From contig CBDDTI010000670.1 in NCBI GenBank assembly GCA_965233585.1, forward strand, positions 1 through 44,432: DNA of 44,432 nucleotides. The letters run 5' to 3'. The notes under the pieces were generated by a model. That model had not been told where the DNA came from. It saw only the letters and a list, made by a program, of their open reading frames with translations, and searched no databases. The translations under genes were made by a program, and so were the position numbers. Source of the stretch: a bacterium (GTDB taxonomy: Bacteria; SAR324; NAC60-12). Positions 10,965 to 21,477 of this stretch are shown here, one piece after another (position 1 is the first letter of the stretch; each line of letters starts with the position of its first letter).

Positions 10965-12177
10965 TTATTGTTGGATATGAGGCAGTTTTTTCTTGATGCC
11001 AAAACACAATTCCATAAAGGCTTTTGTTATTTCCTCCAGTCCTCTTAGTGGTACCTGAATCTTCATAATCTTGGTCGAATATTGTTGGTTGTTTTCGTTA
11101 TACTAAAAAAATGTCTTTTTTAGATAAGATTTTTCATGCTATCTGACGTACTCACGTGTTCCTTTTTCACATAAATCACCGGCCAGGCTGATAGCCCTCC
11201 GGCCTTTTGAATATGCCTCAAGCCGGTTATTCCGACGGTCACTTGCGGATTAAGGTATACTACCTTGTACATCGGCTTGATTGGGAGGCTGATGCTTTTC
11301 TCATCCACTTTTTTTGTCTTGATCAGCTCAATAAATTTTTTGAGCGTGGCCGGATTTATGTACATATACTAAAATAAAAATTAAAATTATTTTGATTCAT
11401 CAAATTAAATTAATATAGATTTACATTGTCTGGACCAAAAAAGTAGGCTTCTCTTGTTGAATGTTCTTTTTGCCATTCAGCAAAATCGATATCCCTTGTT
11501 TCGCATATTTTTTCGGTGGTCCAATTTCGAAAATATTGCTTTTGCTCATCTTCGTCCATTAAAATTTGATACGACATCAATGACGCGCCTTCATAGACCG
11601 CATGATTGTTAATTTCATTGTCCACCAACAATCCTTTTTTATTTGACCTTTTTCTTTTCTTTCCTAAAATGTCTTGAGTCTGCTCATTAAGATCTTCGTC
11701 ATCATCATCATCATCATCATCATCGTCATTGTCATCATTTTCTGAACTTTCAACGCTTAACTCCTCCGCATCGGTTGAAACATCATCATCATCAGATTGA
11801 ACAGTCGAAATTTCTGACTCTGATTCTTCTTCCGTTTCTTCATTTACAGACTCCGATTCTGATGACGAAATGTCGTGGTTCCTTTTTTGTTTTTTTCCTT
11901 TAATTATAAAATATTATTATTAATTGTAATGCGTGTAAAAAAACGACTTAAAATTAGAATTACCTGATTTCAATTTATGTTTTTTATTTGTATTCTTCTT
12001 GGATTTTCCATTACCAATCTTCTTTTTATCAGTCTTTTTATTTTTCTTTTCCGCCTCTGACGTATTTTCAGCCTTTTTTTTCTTCTCATCATCAACGGCT
12101 TTATAATTAATCTCTTCCGATTTGCCATTTTTATTGGCTGTGTTAGGCTTTTTCTTTTTTGCTGGTGATTTTTTCAT
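10965..12177 (-). CDS. Four-exon Lys-rich/acidic nuclear protein (~345 aa); exons 12177-11964, 11897-11425, 11368-11156, 11102-10965
   Basis: Introns start GTAATT, GTAAAT and GTGAGT, end in AG, and join three annotated ORFs in frame. Lys-rich N-terminus, Ser/Glu/Asp tract, NLS-like KKRKR and a globular C-terminus. Confidence 0.75.
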
Positions 12178-12841
12178 CTTATTGCTTTAAATGCGGGTGA
12201 TTTATTCTGACAATAAATCTGTACTGACGTTTGTCATCAAATGTAGGTTCTTTTTAAACCTTCTTGAGTTTAAGGGAGTGTCAGTATGACAATGTTCTAA
12301 GGGGCTCTTGATTCCACATGCGCGGGCAAGTAGCTGATAAGTTTCATCAATTTTGATTGGTTACACAGCATAAATGAGCTATGGCGCTAAAGGTTGTAAA
12401 TTTTAACGATGCTGAACGCGTTTGAGGTCAATTCTTGTTAATGTTTTTGGCTCATCCTAAATTATAACGCGTCAAGTCGTTAACAGACAATGGTCTAAGG
12501 AAATTATGGATAATTTGTGTTTTTGAACGTGTTAAATTGTGAATTAAACAATGGTTTAAGAAAATTATAGATAGTGGGTGCACTGTGTGCGTGTGTGTGT
12601 GCGTGTGTGCGCGTATTTTCCATCAATTTTTTCTCATTCAACTAGTCCGTATTTGTAACAAATTATATTTGTCAAAACTCAATCAAATCGCCATTAATTT
12701 TTCCAAGTACTTAACGTTTCTCATGCTCAAGATTTGTAATTTGCTGTGGATATCTTTAATTTTTTTGTGCTTAATTTGTCATTAATTTTTTCTCATGCAA
12801 TTGGCTCGTAAATGTGCCAAACTATTTCCCACCAAAAATTG

Positions 12842-12875
12842 TATAAAAACGCGGTCATATTTCCAAATTCATTCA
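12842..12875 (+). promoter_or_regulatory. Pol II core promoter: TATA box plus initiator
   Basis: TATAAAAA at 12842 and TCATTC at 12869-12874. The initiator A (12871) is 29 nt after the TATA start. Confidence 0.65.
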
Positions 12876-12937
12876 TTATAAATTTGAACATTCGTTGAAA
12901 GAAGATCTTCTGCCATTCGCTGCCAAAGGTAATTCAA

Positions 12938-13768
12938 ATGTCTAATTCACCAAATGACTCAAACAACCCTCGCCAAGTTTTTCTTGGCCCTGCCGGGTTA
13001 AGAATAAGATTTCACCTAAGAAACGCTGATGATTTAACATCACCGCCATCTCCACCGGTTGTGCCGATTGGACGAGGCCGAAGAGATTTGAGGTCAAATG
13101 ATGGCCCAAGTTCTTCTCTCGCCGCTCGTGGTGTTGGTCGGGGCCAGACAACATCTTCCTCGTTTAATCAACGGGGTCGAGTATCTGAACCGATAGTTGT
13201 AAACCCCGAAGGATTTGGAATTATGGTTCGGATCAATAACAATTTAGCCGATGATTTAACATCGACCAATAACTCCGCCGATGATTTAACATCGCCATCA
13301 TCAAACAACGCTGTCGATGATTCAACATCGAACTCCATGTCTCAAAGAATTTTTGCTGAGCGCAACACCTCAAGTACTTCGGTCGCTGGTCGTGGCGTTG
13401 GTCGGGGTCAAAATATTTCTCGCCCCTTCAATCAAACGACTTCAGCCTCGATTGGACGAGAGGTCAGACGCGGTGTTGGTAGGGCTGGAAGATATTCTTC
13501 TCCTTATCAACGTCCAACTCGATCAGCAGAAGAAGAAATAGAAGAGGAAAATTATTTCCCCGCACCCTCAAATTTTGAAAGATCGAGTGACGGTCGTTTA
13601 GCCTCTTTCATTCTTGATTTAATTGATGTAGAAGGAGGCTCACCTTATGATTTGTTCAATCGTTATGCTGAGTACGTATTGCGTCAACGCATTCAAACGC
13701 TTGAGCGTGAACGCGAACGCTTACGTGCTCAATATCAAAGATTGTTGCGTCATTTTAGACAAGAATGA
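12938..13768 (+). CDS. Disordered RG-rich protein with C-terminal coiled coil
   Basis: 276-aa ATG ORF. Internal repeats ADDLTS (x3) and RGVGR (x3). C-terminal helix LRQRIQTLERERERLRAQYQRLL. AATAAA at 13839. Confidence 0.75.
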   Translation: MSNSPNDSNNPRQVFLGPAGLRIRFHLRNADDLTSPPSPPVVPIGRGRRDLRSNDGPSSSLAARGVGRGQTTSSSFNQRGRVSEPIVVNPEGFGIMVRINNNLADDLTSTNNSADDLTSPSSNNAVDDSTSNSMSQRIFAERNTSSTSVAGRGVGRGQNISRPFNQTTSASIGREVRRGVGRAGRYSSPYQRPTRSAEEEIEEENYFPAPSNFERSSDGRLASFILDLIDVEGGSPYDLFNRYAEYVLRQRIQTLERERERLRAQYQRLLRHFRQE

Positions 13769-13868
13769 TTTGTATTAATTAGTCTGAGCTATATAGTTTT
13801 AATGTGTTTGTATATATTATTTCCAAATTTTATGCGTCAATAAATTTTGTTTCAGAATTTTAACAGAA

Positions 13869-14630
13869 ATGCCAAAATCCTACGTCTGCCGCGAATGCCA
13901 AAAATCGTTTGCTAGAAAATCTTCCCGAGACAAACATGAATTGTTTCGTCATCGTGAAACATCGTCAAAATTCCGAAATCGGACTCCATTAAATCAATCG
14001 CTTCAGTGTCCGTTTTGTAAGAATGAATTAAGTTCCTTTAAATCAAGAAATGATTTGGTCTCTCACATCGATTCCTCTCATTTAGAAGACTTAAATTACT
14101 CTCTTTTTAAATCTGCTTTAAACGGTAAAATTAAAATTTTTCGGAAACATATATTTTCTACAGAAACGCTTCACGCCTTTGTTGTTAATAGAACAAATAG
14201 ACAAGAAATTGTTGATGTTATTCGTCATGAATTAAGTAAAACCTTTACAGTAAAAGTTGCTTTAATTTTATCAGCGGCGTATCAGATTCCTGATTTGAAT
14301 TCAGCTACAAAAGACAAAGACACTGAGACGGAAGCTGTTGTTGATAATACTTCAACACAGCCTCAAACGGTTGTTAGCAACATTGATGATTCAACTGAAA
14401 AAAGTTTTGATCAGTCGTCACATGAATTAATGCCTAGCGATCGAGATGTCTTTGCTTTAAGAACCGGCTATATTCAATTCACGTCTTTTGATTCTTCTCG
14501 CTCGTTAAAAGGTAAAGTTCAAAAATTATTAAACAATTTAATAACTCGAGAAGAGGATTTGTTGATGAGAGGTTCCGGATGGAGATTCGAATCTCTGTCT
14601 TTTAGCGACATCCAAATTACCAATATTTGA
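13869..14630 (+). CDS. C2H2 zinc-finger protein corresponding to the N-terminal (GSGW) module of Polinton pPolB
   Basis: CRECQKSF...KHELFRH, CPFC...HIDSSH, and C-terminal EEDLLMRGSGWRFESL. Confidence 0.75.
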   Translation: MPKSYVCRECQKSFARKSSRDKHELFRHRETSSKFRNRTPLNQSLQCPFCKNELSSFKSRNDLVSHIDSSHLEDLNYSLFKSALNGKIKIFRKHIFSTETLHAFVVNRTNRQEIVDVIRHELSKTFTVKVALILSAAYQIPDLNSATKDKDTETEAVVDNTSTQPQTVVSNIDDSTEKSFDQSSHELMPSDRDVFALRTGYIQFTSFDSSRSLKGKVQKLLNNLITREEDLLMRGSGWRFESLSFSDIQITNI

Positions 14631-14679
14631 TTTTAAGGACTTATTTTGTTGTATATAAAAATTCAAGTAAGCTTTGGAA

Positions 14680-17600
14680 ATGGATTTTATAGAAATTCCG
14701 CGAAATTTAAAAAGATCTAACTGCTTGGAATGGAATACTCGATATGATAAATTCAACTTTCTTTATCTGTACATTAGACATCTTTTTCCAGAAACTGCTT
14801 CCATTACAGATTTTCGTCAAATGCCAATAAAATATCTTAAAAAATTCAACATAAAAGGTTTTACGTTTCCTCTTCAATTTTGTGACATAAAAAAATTTTT
14901 GTGTAGAAATCGTCATTTACCAATTTCAATTTCCGTACTTTATGAGAGTGAAGGTCACGTTTCAAATTTAGGGTTTATTACTAACAAAAACAATGATATA
15001 AGAGAAAATACTCTCCATTTGTTAATGATAAAACACGATCCTAAAATCTCTTCCGATAAAACTTCGAGTAATTCCCGCCCCAAAAAATCGAGTTTTTCTT
15101 CCAAGTTTAAAAAAATCAAAGATTTAAATCAACAGCATCATTTCTTTAAAATTACAAAACTCCAAGGTTTTTTGAATAATCGGGCCGGACTGTTGTCGAT
15201 TAATAAAGCGGGTCAACAGAAGTACATCCACTGTGAAAAATGTCTGCTGCGTTTCCGATCAAAATCCAAGAAAGAAAAGCATGAGCGGATTTGCTACGAT
15301 AAGCAACGCACCATTTATCCCGGCAAAAATGCCGCTATAAGTTTTTCTAACCACAAACATAAGTTTAAAGCACCTGTTGTGGGATTTTGTGATTTTGAAA
15401 GTGTACTTCAAAGAAACAAGGAACGATCTAAATGTCGACTTTGTTCTAAATTGGAATGCTTGTGTGCTTTTCCCACAAGTGACGATATAAATGTGCATAG
15501 ACCGGTAGGCTACAGCCTGATTTTTGTGGACTCCGAAAATGAAGTATTCTTTCAAGAAGAATATTTAGGAGAGGATGCGGCCAAACGTTTTTTGGATCGG
15601 ATACCTCTCTACGAAAAAGTTGTTGAAGAAAGAAAACAAAAATTCAGAGATGTTCTCAAAACTCAAGCCACTCAGGAGGAATGGCAAATGTTTCGAAAAG
15701 CAACCGTTTGTCATATATGCGGTCTTCGATTTGCTACCCATCCTAAAAAGTATAGAAAAGTTTTGGATCACGATCATGTCACAGGAAAAATAATGGGTGC
15801 GGCTCATTCGCTGTGTAATTTGACAAGATCCGGACCTTATCACACGCCAATTTTTTTCCACAACGCTCAAGGGTAAAAATTTTTTATTAACTTTATTTTT
15901 TAATTAATTTTTTAACAAATTGAACGTTTCAGATACGATTTGCATTTAATCATAGAAGAGTTAAACATTTGCCGATTCAAGAAAATGCCGGAAGTCTTGG
16001 CTAGAAACAGTGAAAAATTCCGCACTCTTACATTGGGCAAATTTAAAATCCAAGATTCATTAGAGCACATATCTGCCAGCTTAGACGCTCTTGTCCAAGA
16101 TTTGAATCAAACTTCAAACTTTTCTTTCCCTATTTTACAACAGATGAAAAGATTTCAAAAAATTCCTATCCGTCAAAAATCAAAAGCTTTTAAACTTTTA
16201 AAAAGAAAAGGCATTTTTTGTTACGAGCATTTTCAATCATTACAAGAAATGAAAAAAAGTCGAAACCTCCCAACCAAAGATGCTTTTTATTCTGAATTGA
16301 ATGAAGAACACATCTCGGAAACGGATTATTCTCATGCGCAAGAAGTCTTCAAACTGTTCAAGTGCAAGAATGTGGCGGATTACATGATGCTTTATTGTTC
16401 TTTGGATGTCATCCTGCTATGTGAAGCATTTCTTCAATACAGGAAAATGGTTATGGAACACTTTCAATTGGATCCAATCTATTACTTAGGTGAATTTCTT
16501 TTTCTGTTGCTTGACATATAAAGTTTGAATATAAAATTTATTTTGTATAATTTTAGGAATTCCTGGACTAAGTTTTGATGTTATGCTTATGTTCTATCAA
16601 AACTCTGAACGAGCTACAACAACAAAAGATAACCTCGCGGGTGAATCTTCCAAACCTCCAGGATCTCTGGATATCTATTCCGATCCTGAAATGGAGCAGT
16701 TTTTTACAAAGGGTATCAGAGGCGGACAAAGCTTTATCTCTCAGCGTTATGCAAAAGGAAACAGCAATCCGAGAAAAAGCGGCGATCATTTACTTTACAT
16801 TGACGGTAATTTTATACTGCATCGTTTGATTAATCTATTTATTTAAAATCGGTGACTTTTTAGCAAACAACTTGTACGGGAGCATGGAAACTTTAAAATT
16901 GCCAGTTTCTGATTTCGAGTGGGTTGCAAAAAAAGATCTTGAAAAATGGACTGCCAAAGATATTATCAAGATTCCTTCTCAAGACGAGACCGGGTACGCA
17001 TTCGAAGTTGATTTGCATTATCCTTCTCATCTTCACCCGGTAAATCTGATCTTTTTAACACGTTTTTTGCATTTTGATAAACGGTAAAATATTTACAGAC
17101 ACATGATCAATTTCCGCTGGCTCCGTATACAGACACGGTTTCTTACAAACATCTGTCTCCTTATAATCGCCGTTTACTAAAACATCTCAACCCTCGAGAT
17201 TATAAGAACAAAAGATACCGAAGCAAGAAACTGTTGAGCACTTTTTATGATCGAAAAAAGTACGTGGTGCATCTGGAAAATCTACAATATTATTTGAAAA
17301 AAGGCATGAAGCTGTTGAGGATAAGAAGAGCCGTGAAGTTTCGGCAAAAAGCTTTTTTGAAGGAGTTTATTGAAAAGGTCACGATGCTACGATCAAACGC
17401 CCGCAACGATTTTGAACTTCGGCTTTTTAAGCTTTTTGCCAACTCTACTTTTGGAAAGTTTATCGGTAAGTAAATACCCAGATTTAAGATCTTTTTTATA
17501 TTTTTATATTTGCACAAGCGTGTGGTGGTACTGCCAATATTTCGTGCAAAATGTGTTGGCAGTACACACCACACGCTCATCCGCATCTTCAATGTCATCG

Positions 17601-19428
17601 GGAGGCGCGTGGACCTCGGCCTCCACGGTGATGACCTCCCCGTCAAAATCGGACATTCGGTTTGCCGCTGCCCGGATTTTGGCCAGGCGGACAATCTCCG
17701 TTGCCCGACGTCTGGCGGCAATAGACCTGTCGTCGGCGGGGAGTCTGATGGGGATGGGGGCCTCAATAGGAACGTCAGTGGGGATCTCGATGGGGAACTC
17801 GATAAACGCCTCGGTGGGGAACTCGGTGGGGGCCTCGATGGGCACCTCGATGGGGACGGGGACCTCAATTGGCACCTCGGTGGGGACGTTGGTGGGAATC
17901 TCGGTGGTAGGGAACTCGATGAGAAACTCGGTGGGGGCCTCGATAAGGGACTCGGTGGGAGCTTCGATAAGCATCTCGATGGGGGACTCGGTGGGAGCTT
18001 CGATGAGCATCTCGATGGGGGACTCGGTGGGAGCTTCGATGAGCATCTCGATGGGGGACTCGGTGGGAGCTTCGATGAACGCCTCAACGGGGACGGGGAC
18101 CTCAGTGGACGCTTCGGTGGGAAGGTCGACAAGGATGCCGGTGGGGACGTCGGGCTCAATAAAATTTTCATTTTGAAAGCCTCGGACATCACGACCGCCG
18201 CCGCCACTGCTAGCGCCGCTGGCGGCGAGCACAGCAACGCCAACGGAGAGTGCAACGGCAGCGGCGCTAGCGGTGGCGGAGGCGGCAGCGGACGGCGGAG
18301 CATCAAAAATCCCGGCCACGACCGACCGGATCCGCCGGATCAGGCCCGGTCTCCGGTTCTTCTTCTTCTTCTCCTCCTCCACCTCCTCCACCGCCAAAAG
18401 CGGCTCTCCATCCTCCTCCCTTAACCTCCTGTACCCCCTCCTCATCTCCATCATCATCATTTTCCTTTTCTTCTTCCTCCTCCTCTTCCTGTCCAAAGTT
18501 TGTTTTGAAAATTGCCACATGGTTTTGGGAAGTTTTTAAAAAATGAATCTCCAAACTCCTACACACTTTATAATGAATTTTTATAAAAATGTTGTATTCT
18601 TTATAAAATATTTATTTTATTTTATATTTTTCAGAAAATGTTCGAAATTACATCGAAGTGGTCCTTTGTGGAGATGAAAAAAGTCTGAGGAAAGCCAGTC
18701 TTGGTCAACACATCAACAATTTTCAAATCATTAATGAGAATTTGGTGGCTGTCAACAAGAAGCCGGCAATGATAGAGCTTAAAAAGCCTTTAGCCGTCGG
18801 ATTTTCCATTCTAGAGTTGTCCAAGTTGTTTATGTACAGATCATACTATGACACCATTCAAAAACATTTCGGCAAAGACAATGTATCTTTGTGTTTTTCG
18901 GACACGGATTCTTTTCTTTTAAAAGTTAAATGCAACAATTTGGAAAGGGAAATGGAGAGATTGAAACACATGTTTGATTTTTCAAAGTACCCTAAACAAC
19001 ATCCACTTTTTGACGACAGTAAAGCCAATCAACTTTTTTATTTTAAAGATGAATTAAAAGGTAGAGCGGCTATTACTGATTTTATAGGCTTACGTCCAAA
19101 ATGTTATTCTATGAAAATAGCCGATTTTTTGGACAAAAACAAAACTGATGAGAAAAAAGTATGCAAAGGTTTAAAAAAATCTAGTATAAAAAAGCAATTA
19201 ACTTATGCAGATTACAAAAAGTGCTTAAAGCAAACTGTTGTAATTTACAAATCTTTTAAAAATTTAAGATCAAAGAATCACAAAATCCGAACGTGTTTTC
19301 AAAGAAAAATTGCGTTGTCGGCAATGGATTCCAAAAGATATGTTTTAAATTGCGGATGTCACACTTTATCGCTAGGAAATTGTCTTATTGTTAACAACAA
19401 AATGTCTAAATGTCAAATTTGTAAATAA
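14680..19428 (+). CDS. polB: Protein-primed family B DNA polymerase, six exons (14680-15872, 15933-16489, 16557-16805, 16864-17039, 17099-17465, 18635-19428), ~1111 aa
   Basis: Splicing restores HNAQG/YD, LDPIYYLG/IPGLSFD, YID/ANNLYGSM, HLHP/THDQFPLAP and KLFANSTFGKFI/ENVRN. Also FCDFES (Exo I), an EndoVII-like CHICG..DHDHVTG..HSLCN insert, FSDTDS and LRPKCY. Confidence 0.93.
17504..18520 (-). CDS. Nested antisense gene inside polB intron 5 (basic N-terminus, hydrophobic segment, Pro/Glu/Thr repeats)
   Basis: 338-aa ATG ORF that fills the intron. On the minus strand: TATAAAG at 18572, TCATTT initiator at 18544 and CAAAACCATG start context. Confidence 0.65.
   Translation of the reverse strand: MWQFSKQTLDRKRRRKKKRKMMMMEMRRGYRRLREEDGEPLLAVEEVEEEKKKKNRRPGLIRRIRSVVAGIFDAPPSAAASATASAAAVALSVGVAVLAASGASSGGGGRDVRGFQNENFIEPDVPTGILVDLPTEASTEVPVPVEAFIEAPTESPIEMLIEAPTESPIEMLIEAPTESPIEMLIEAPTESLIEAPTEFLIEFPTTEIPTNVPTEVPIEVPVPIEVPIEAPTEFPTEAFIEFPIEIPTDVPIEAPIPIRLPADDRSIAARRRATEIVRLAKIRAAANRMSDFDGEVITVEAEVHAPPDDIEDADERVVCTANTFCTKYWQYHHTLVQI
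17951..18079. repeat. 36-bp coding tandem repeat (IEAPTESPIEML), within a degenerate 12-bp periodic tract at ~17760-18150
   Basis: Units CTCGGTGGGAGCTTCGATRAGCATCTCGATGGGGGA start at 17951, 17987 and 18023, with a partial unit at 18059. Confidence 0.9.
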
Positions 19429-19494
19429 AAAATAATTAAATCATTACTTTTATTTAAAAGAAAATTTTGTAATTTCTTTTTTAAAATTAATAAA

Positions 19495-20190
19495 ATGAAC
19501 GGTTTTGATTTGAGGTTTAATATTCCGTCCAACATGTTGGTTGTCGGTCCAACATCAAGCGGAAAAACAACGTGGCTAAAACATTTAGTGCTTCGTCGGC
19601 ACGAATATTTTGCAACTCCGCCTGAAACAATGTTGTTGTTTTACAAGGAACCGCAAAAAGCATATCAGTACATGGAAGACGACATGAATGAGGGCAGAGG
19701 TTCTGACACACAATTTCCGTCTTTTCGTAAATTCAAAAATATTCCAAATTCAATTGAAGAGTTGAAAGATATTTTAGAATTATATCCGAGAAAAATGCCC
19801 AAATTGATTGTTTTTGACGATTATTTAGACGATGTTGGGCAAATATTAAAACATTTTTTTACGGTTTTGACCCATCATTACAATTGTTTCACCATTTTTC
19901 TTTGTCAAAATTTATTTGACAAAAAAGGCGATTTACGGACATTAAGCATAAATACGCAATACATGATCCTTTTTAACAATCCGCGGGACAGAAGCGCCGT
20001 CACACATTTGGCAAAACAAATTTTTCCCGGTCGTGTTGGAATCTTAAATAAAGCATATAGAGAAGCAGTTAACGGTCGAAGTCACGGATATCTTCTTCTA
20101 GATTTCCATCAACAGCAAGACGATAAAGTCAGAATTCGAAGTAACATCTTTCCTTATGAAGGATTAATGAAAGCCTACGTTACTGTTTAA
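19495..20190 (+). CDS. A32/FtsK-like genome packaging ATPase
   Basis: Walker A GPTSSGKTT, Walker B LIVFDDY, then THHYN, LCQNLF and GYLLLDFH. Confidence 0.92.
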   Translation: MNGFDLRFNIPSNMLVVGPTSSGKTTWLKHLVLRRHEYFATPPETMLLFYKEPQKAYQYMEDDMNEGRGSDTQFPSFRKFKNIPNSIEELKDILELYPRKMPKLIVFDDYLDDVGQILKHFFTVLTHHYNCFTIFLCQNLFDKKGDLRTLSINTQYMILFNNPRDRSAVTHLAKQIFPGRVGILNKAYREAVNGRSHGYLLLDFHQQQDDKVRIRSNIFPYEGLMKAYVTV

Positions 20191-20236
20191 AAATTTCATA
20201 TCTATTTAAGAAAAATTAAAAATAATTACTGTTAAA

Positions 20237-20611
20237 ATGTCAAAAAAATTAGAAAAAGCTAGTTCGCTTTTTAATGCAATAAAAAAATTAAAACATCAAG
20301 ATTGCGCTAATTTTTTAAATTATTTGGACGATCGCGGCGTTGAATTGCTTTGTCGTATTTTACATTACGTTTTGAACGGCGAATTGCCCTTACATGGCGA
20401 AGTGCGAACACGACTTCAGAAAAAAATAAGAGCTCATTTAGGGGAGTTCAGACGTCTTGCCACGCCGCCTCGTCGCTCTTCCGACATTTCAAAAAAAAGA
20501 ACAATACTACAAAGGGGCGGAATTTTAGGAACTTTATCGGCAATTGCCAGCATTATCGTCCCTATTTTAGCTCAAATTATTGCAAAAAAGAGCTTGCAAC
20601 GTCGTCGTTAA
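20237..20611 (+). CDS. Conserved small Polinton virion/core protein with a QRGG motif and hydrophobic tail
   Basis: VLNGELPL...FRRLA...KKRTILQRGGILGTLSAIASIIVPILAQII. Lies directly after the ATPase, as is typical. Confidence 0.7.
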   Translation: MSKKLEKASSLFNAIKKLKHQDCANFLNYLDDRGVELLCRILHYVLNGELPLHGEVRTRLQKKIRAHLGEFRRLATPPRRSSDISKKRTILQRGGILGTLSAIASIIVPILAQIIAKKSLQRRR

Positions 20612-20614
20612 AGG

Positions 20615-21460
20615 ATGAGTACAGGCGTGAAAAGAAAAACAAATGATGAAATATACTCCATGTTTTTAGTCCCCAAAAGGCTATATCATTCTTTAATAAA
20701 AAATATAGAAGATAATGAAACAAAAAAAGAACTTATTTCTATGAATGAAAAACCAAATACGTCCAATTACATTGAAAATGCCATTAATTTTAAAAATTTA
20801 CAAGACAGGCAAAAAATGAATCAAAGCGGTGATAAATTGTACCGTTTTGGTTCTGATAATATATCAAATGTTATGCCGCCAGTACAAGTCGATAGCAGTA
20901 CGGGTCGTACGTATCAATCTATTTCAAGATCAACAACCGCTCAAACTCCCCAACAAAAAGAAAATACCGCTCAGTTTTTGCCCACTACTCCCGTTATGGA
21001 AAGGGAACCCGATCCAGACTTGTTTTATACCGCTTCAAGACCAAAAAGCAAGGACGATACTTCAACTCCTGACGTGCCAGAATGGCGAAATTCGCCTGTT
21101 ATAAAGGCATTGACACAAAAAAATTCAGACGGCAAAATAGTTTGTCCTTTCACCGCATGCGGGAAGCAGTATGTTGACGATGCGCAATTCGGCAAACACC
21201 TTGTAAGAGATCATATGAAAGAATTGTCCATATTTGACACAGAAAAAATTGGTAAAGATATAGCCTCGGTCTCTTCACAAGCATCAAAATCCCCTTCGGC
21301 TTCAATGTCATCCCTCAAAACAGGATCAGGAGGTGCGAAAAAGAAAACTTTTACTATTTCTCCCGTACAAACTAGATCTAAATCAAAAAAACTTTCAACA
21401 ACTGATGCAGATGCTGTTAAAAAAAAATTACTTTTTCCGGGAAAATACCCAAAATTATAA
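20615..21460 (+). CDS. Polinton protein with one C2H2 zinc finger
   Basis: 281 aa, with CPFTACGKQY..QFGKHLVRDH. Intact in copy C. Confidence 0.75.
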   Translation: MSTGVKRKTNDEIYSMFLVPKRLYHSLIKNIEDNETKKELISMNEKPNTSNYIENAINFKNLQDRQKMNQSGDKLYRFGSDNISNVMPPVQVDSSTGRTYQSISRSTTAQTPQQKENTAQFLPTTPVMEREPDPDLFYTASRPKSKDDTSTPDVPEWRNSPVIKALTQKNSDGKIVCPFTACGKQYVDDAQFGKHLVRDHMKELSIFDTEKIGKDIASVSSQASKSPSASMSSLKTGSGGAKKKTFTISPVQTRSKSKKLSTTDADAVKKKLLFPGKYPKL

Positions 21461-21477
21461 TGAAAGTAAAATATATA

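Noticed and set aside
12585..12785. 66-aa ORF starting MCVCVCVC
   Set aside because: Arises from a (GT)n microsatellite in the divergent promoter region.
14590..14680. Intron joining the zinc-finger ORF to polB
   Set aside because: The acceptor at 14667 is followed by an in-frame TAA, and the acceptor at 14671 has no phase-compatible consensus donor.
17290..18566. Overlapping ORFs 17290-18306(-), 17370-18176(+), 17510-18424(+), 18273-18539(+) and 18303-18566(-)
   Set aside because: Shadow frames of a GC-rich 12/36-bp repeat, mostly with non-ATG starts. Only 17504-18520(-) fits the intron and has promoter and start-context support.
14674..19428. polB as a fragmented pseudogene
   Set aside because: Every break is bounded by GT...AG, and splicing restores conserved motifs in a single frame.
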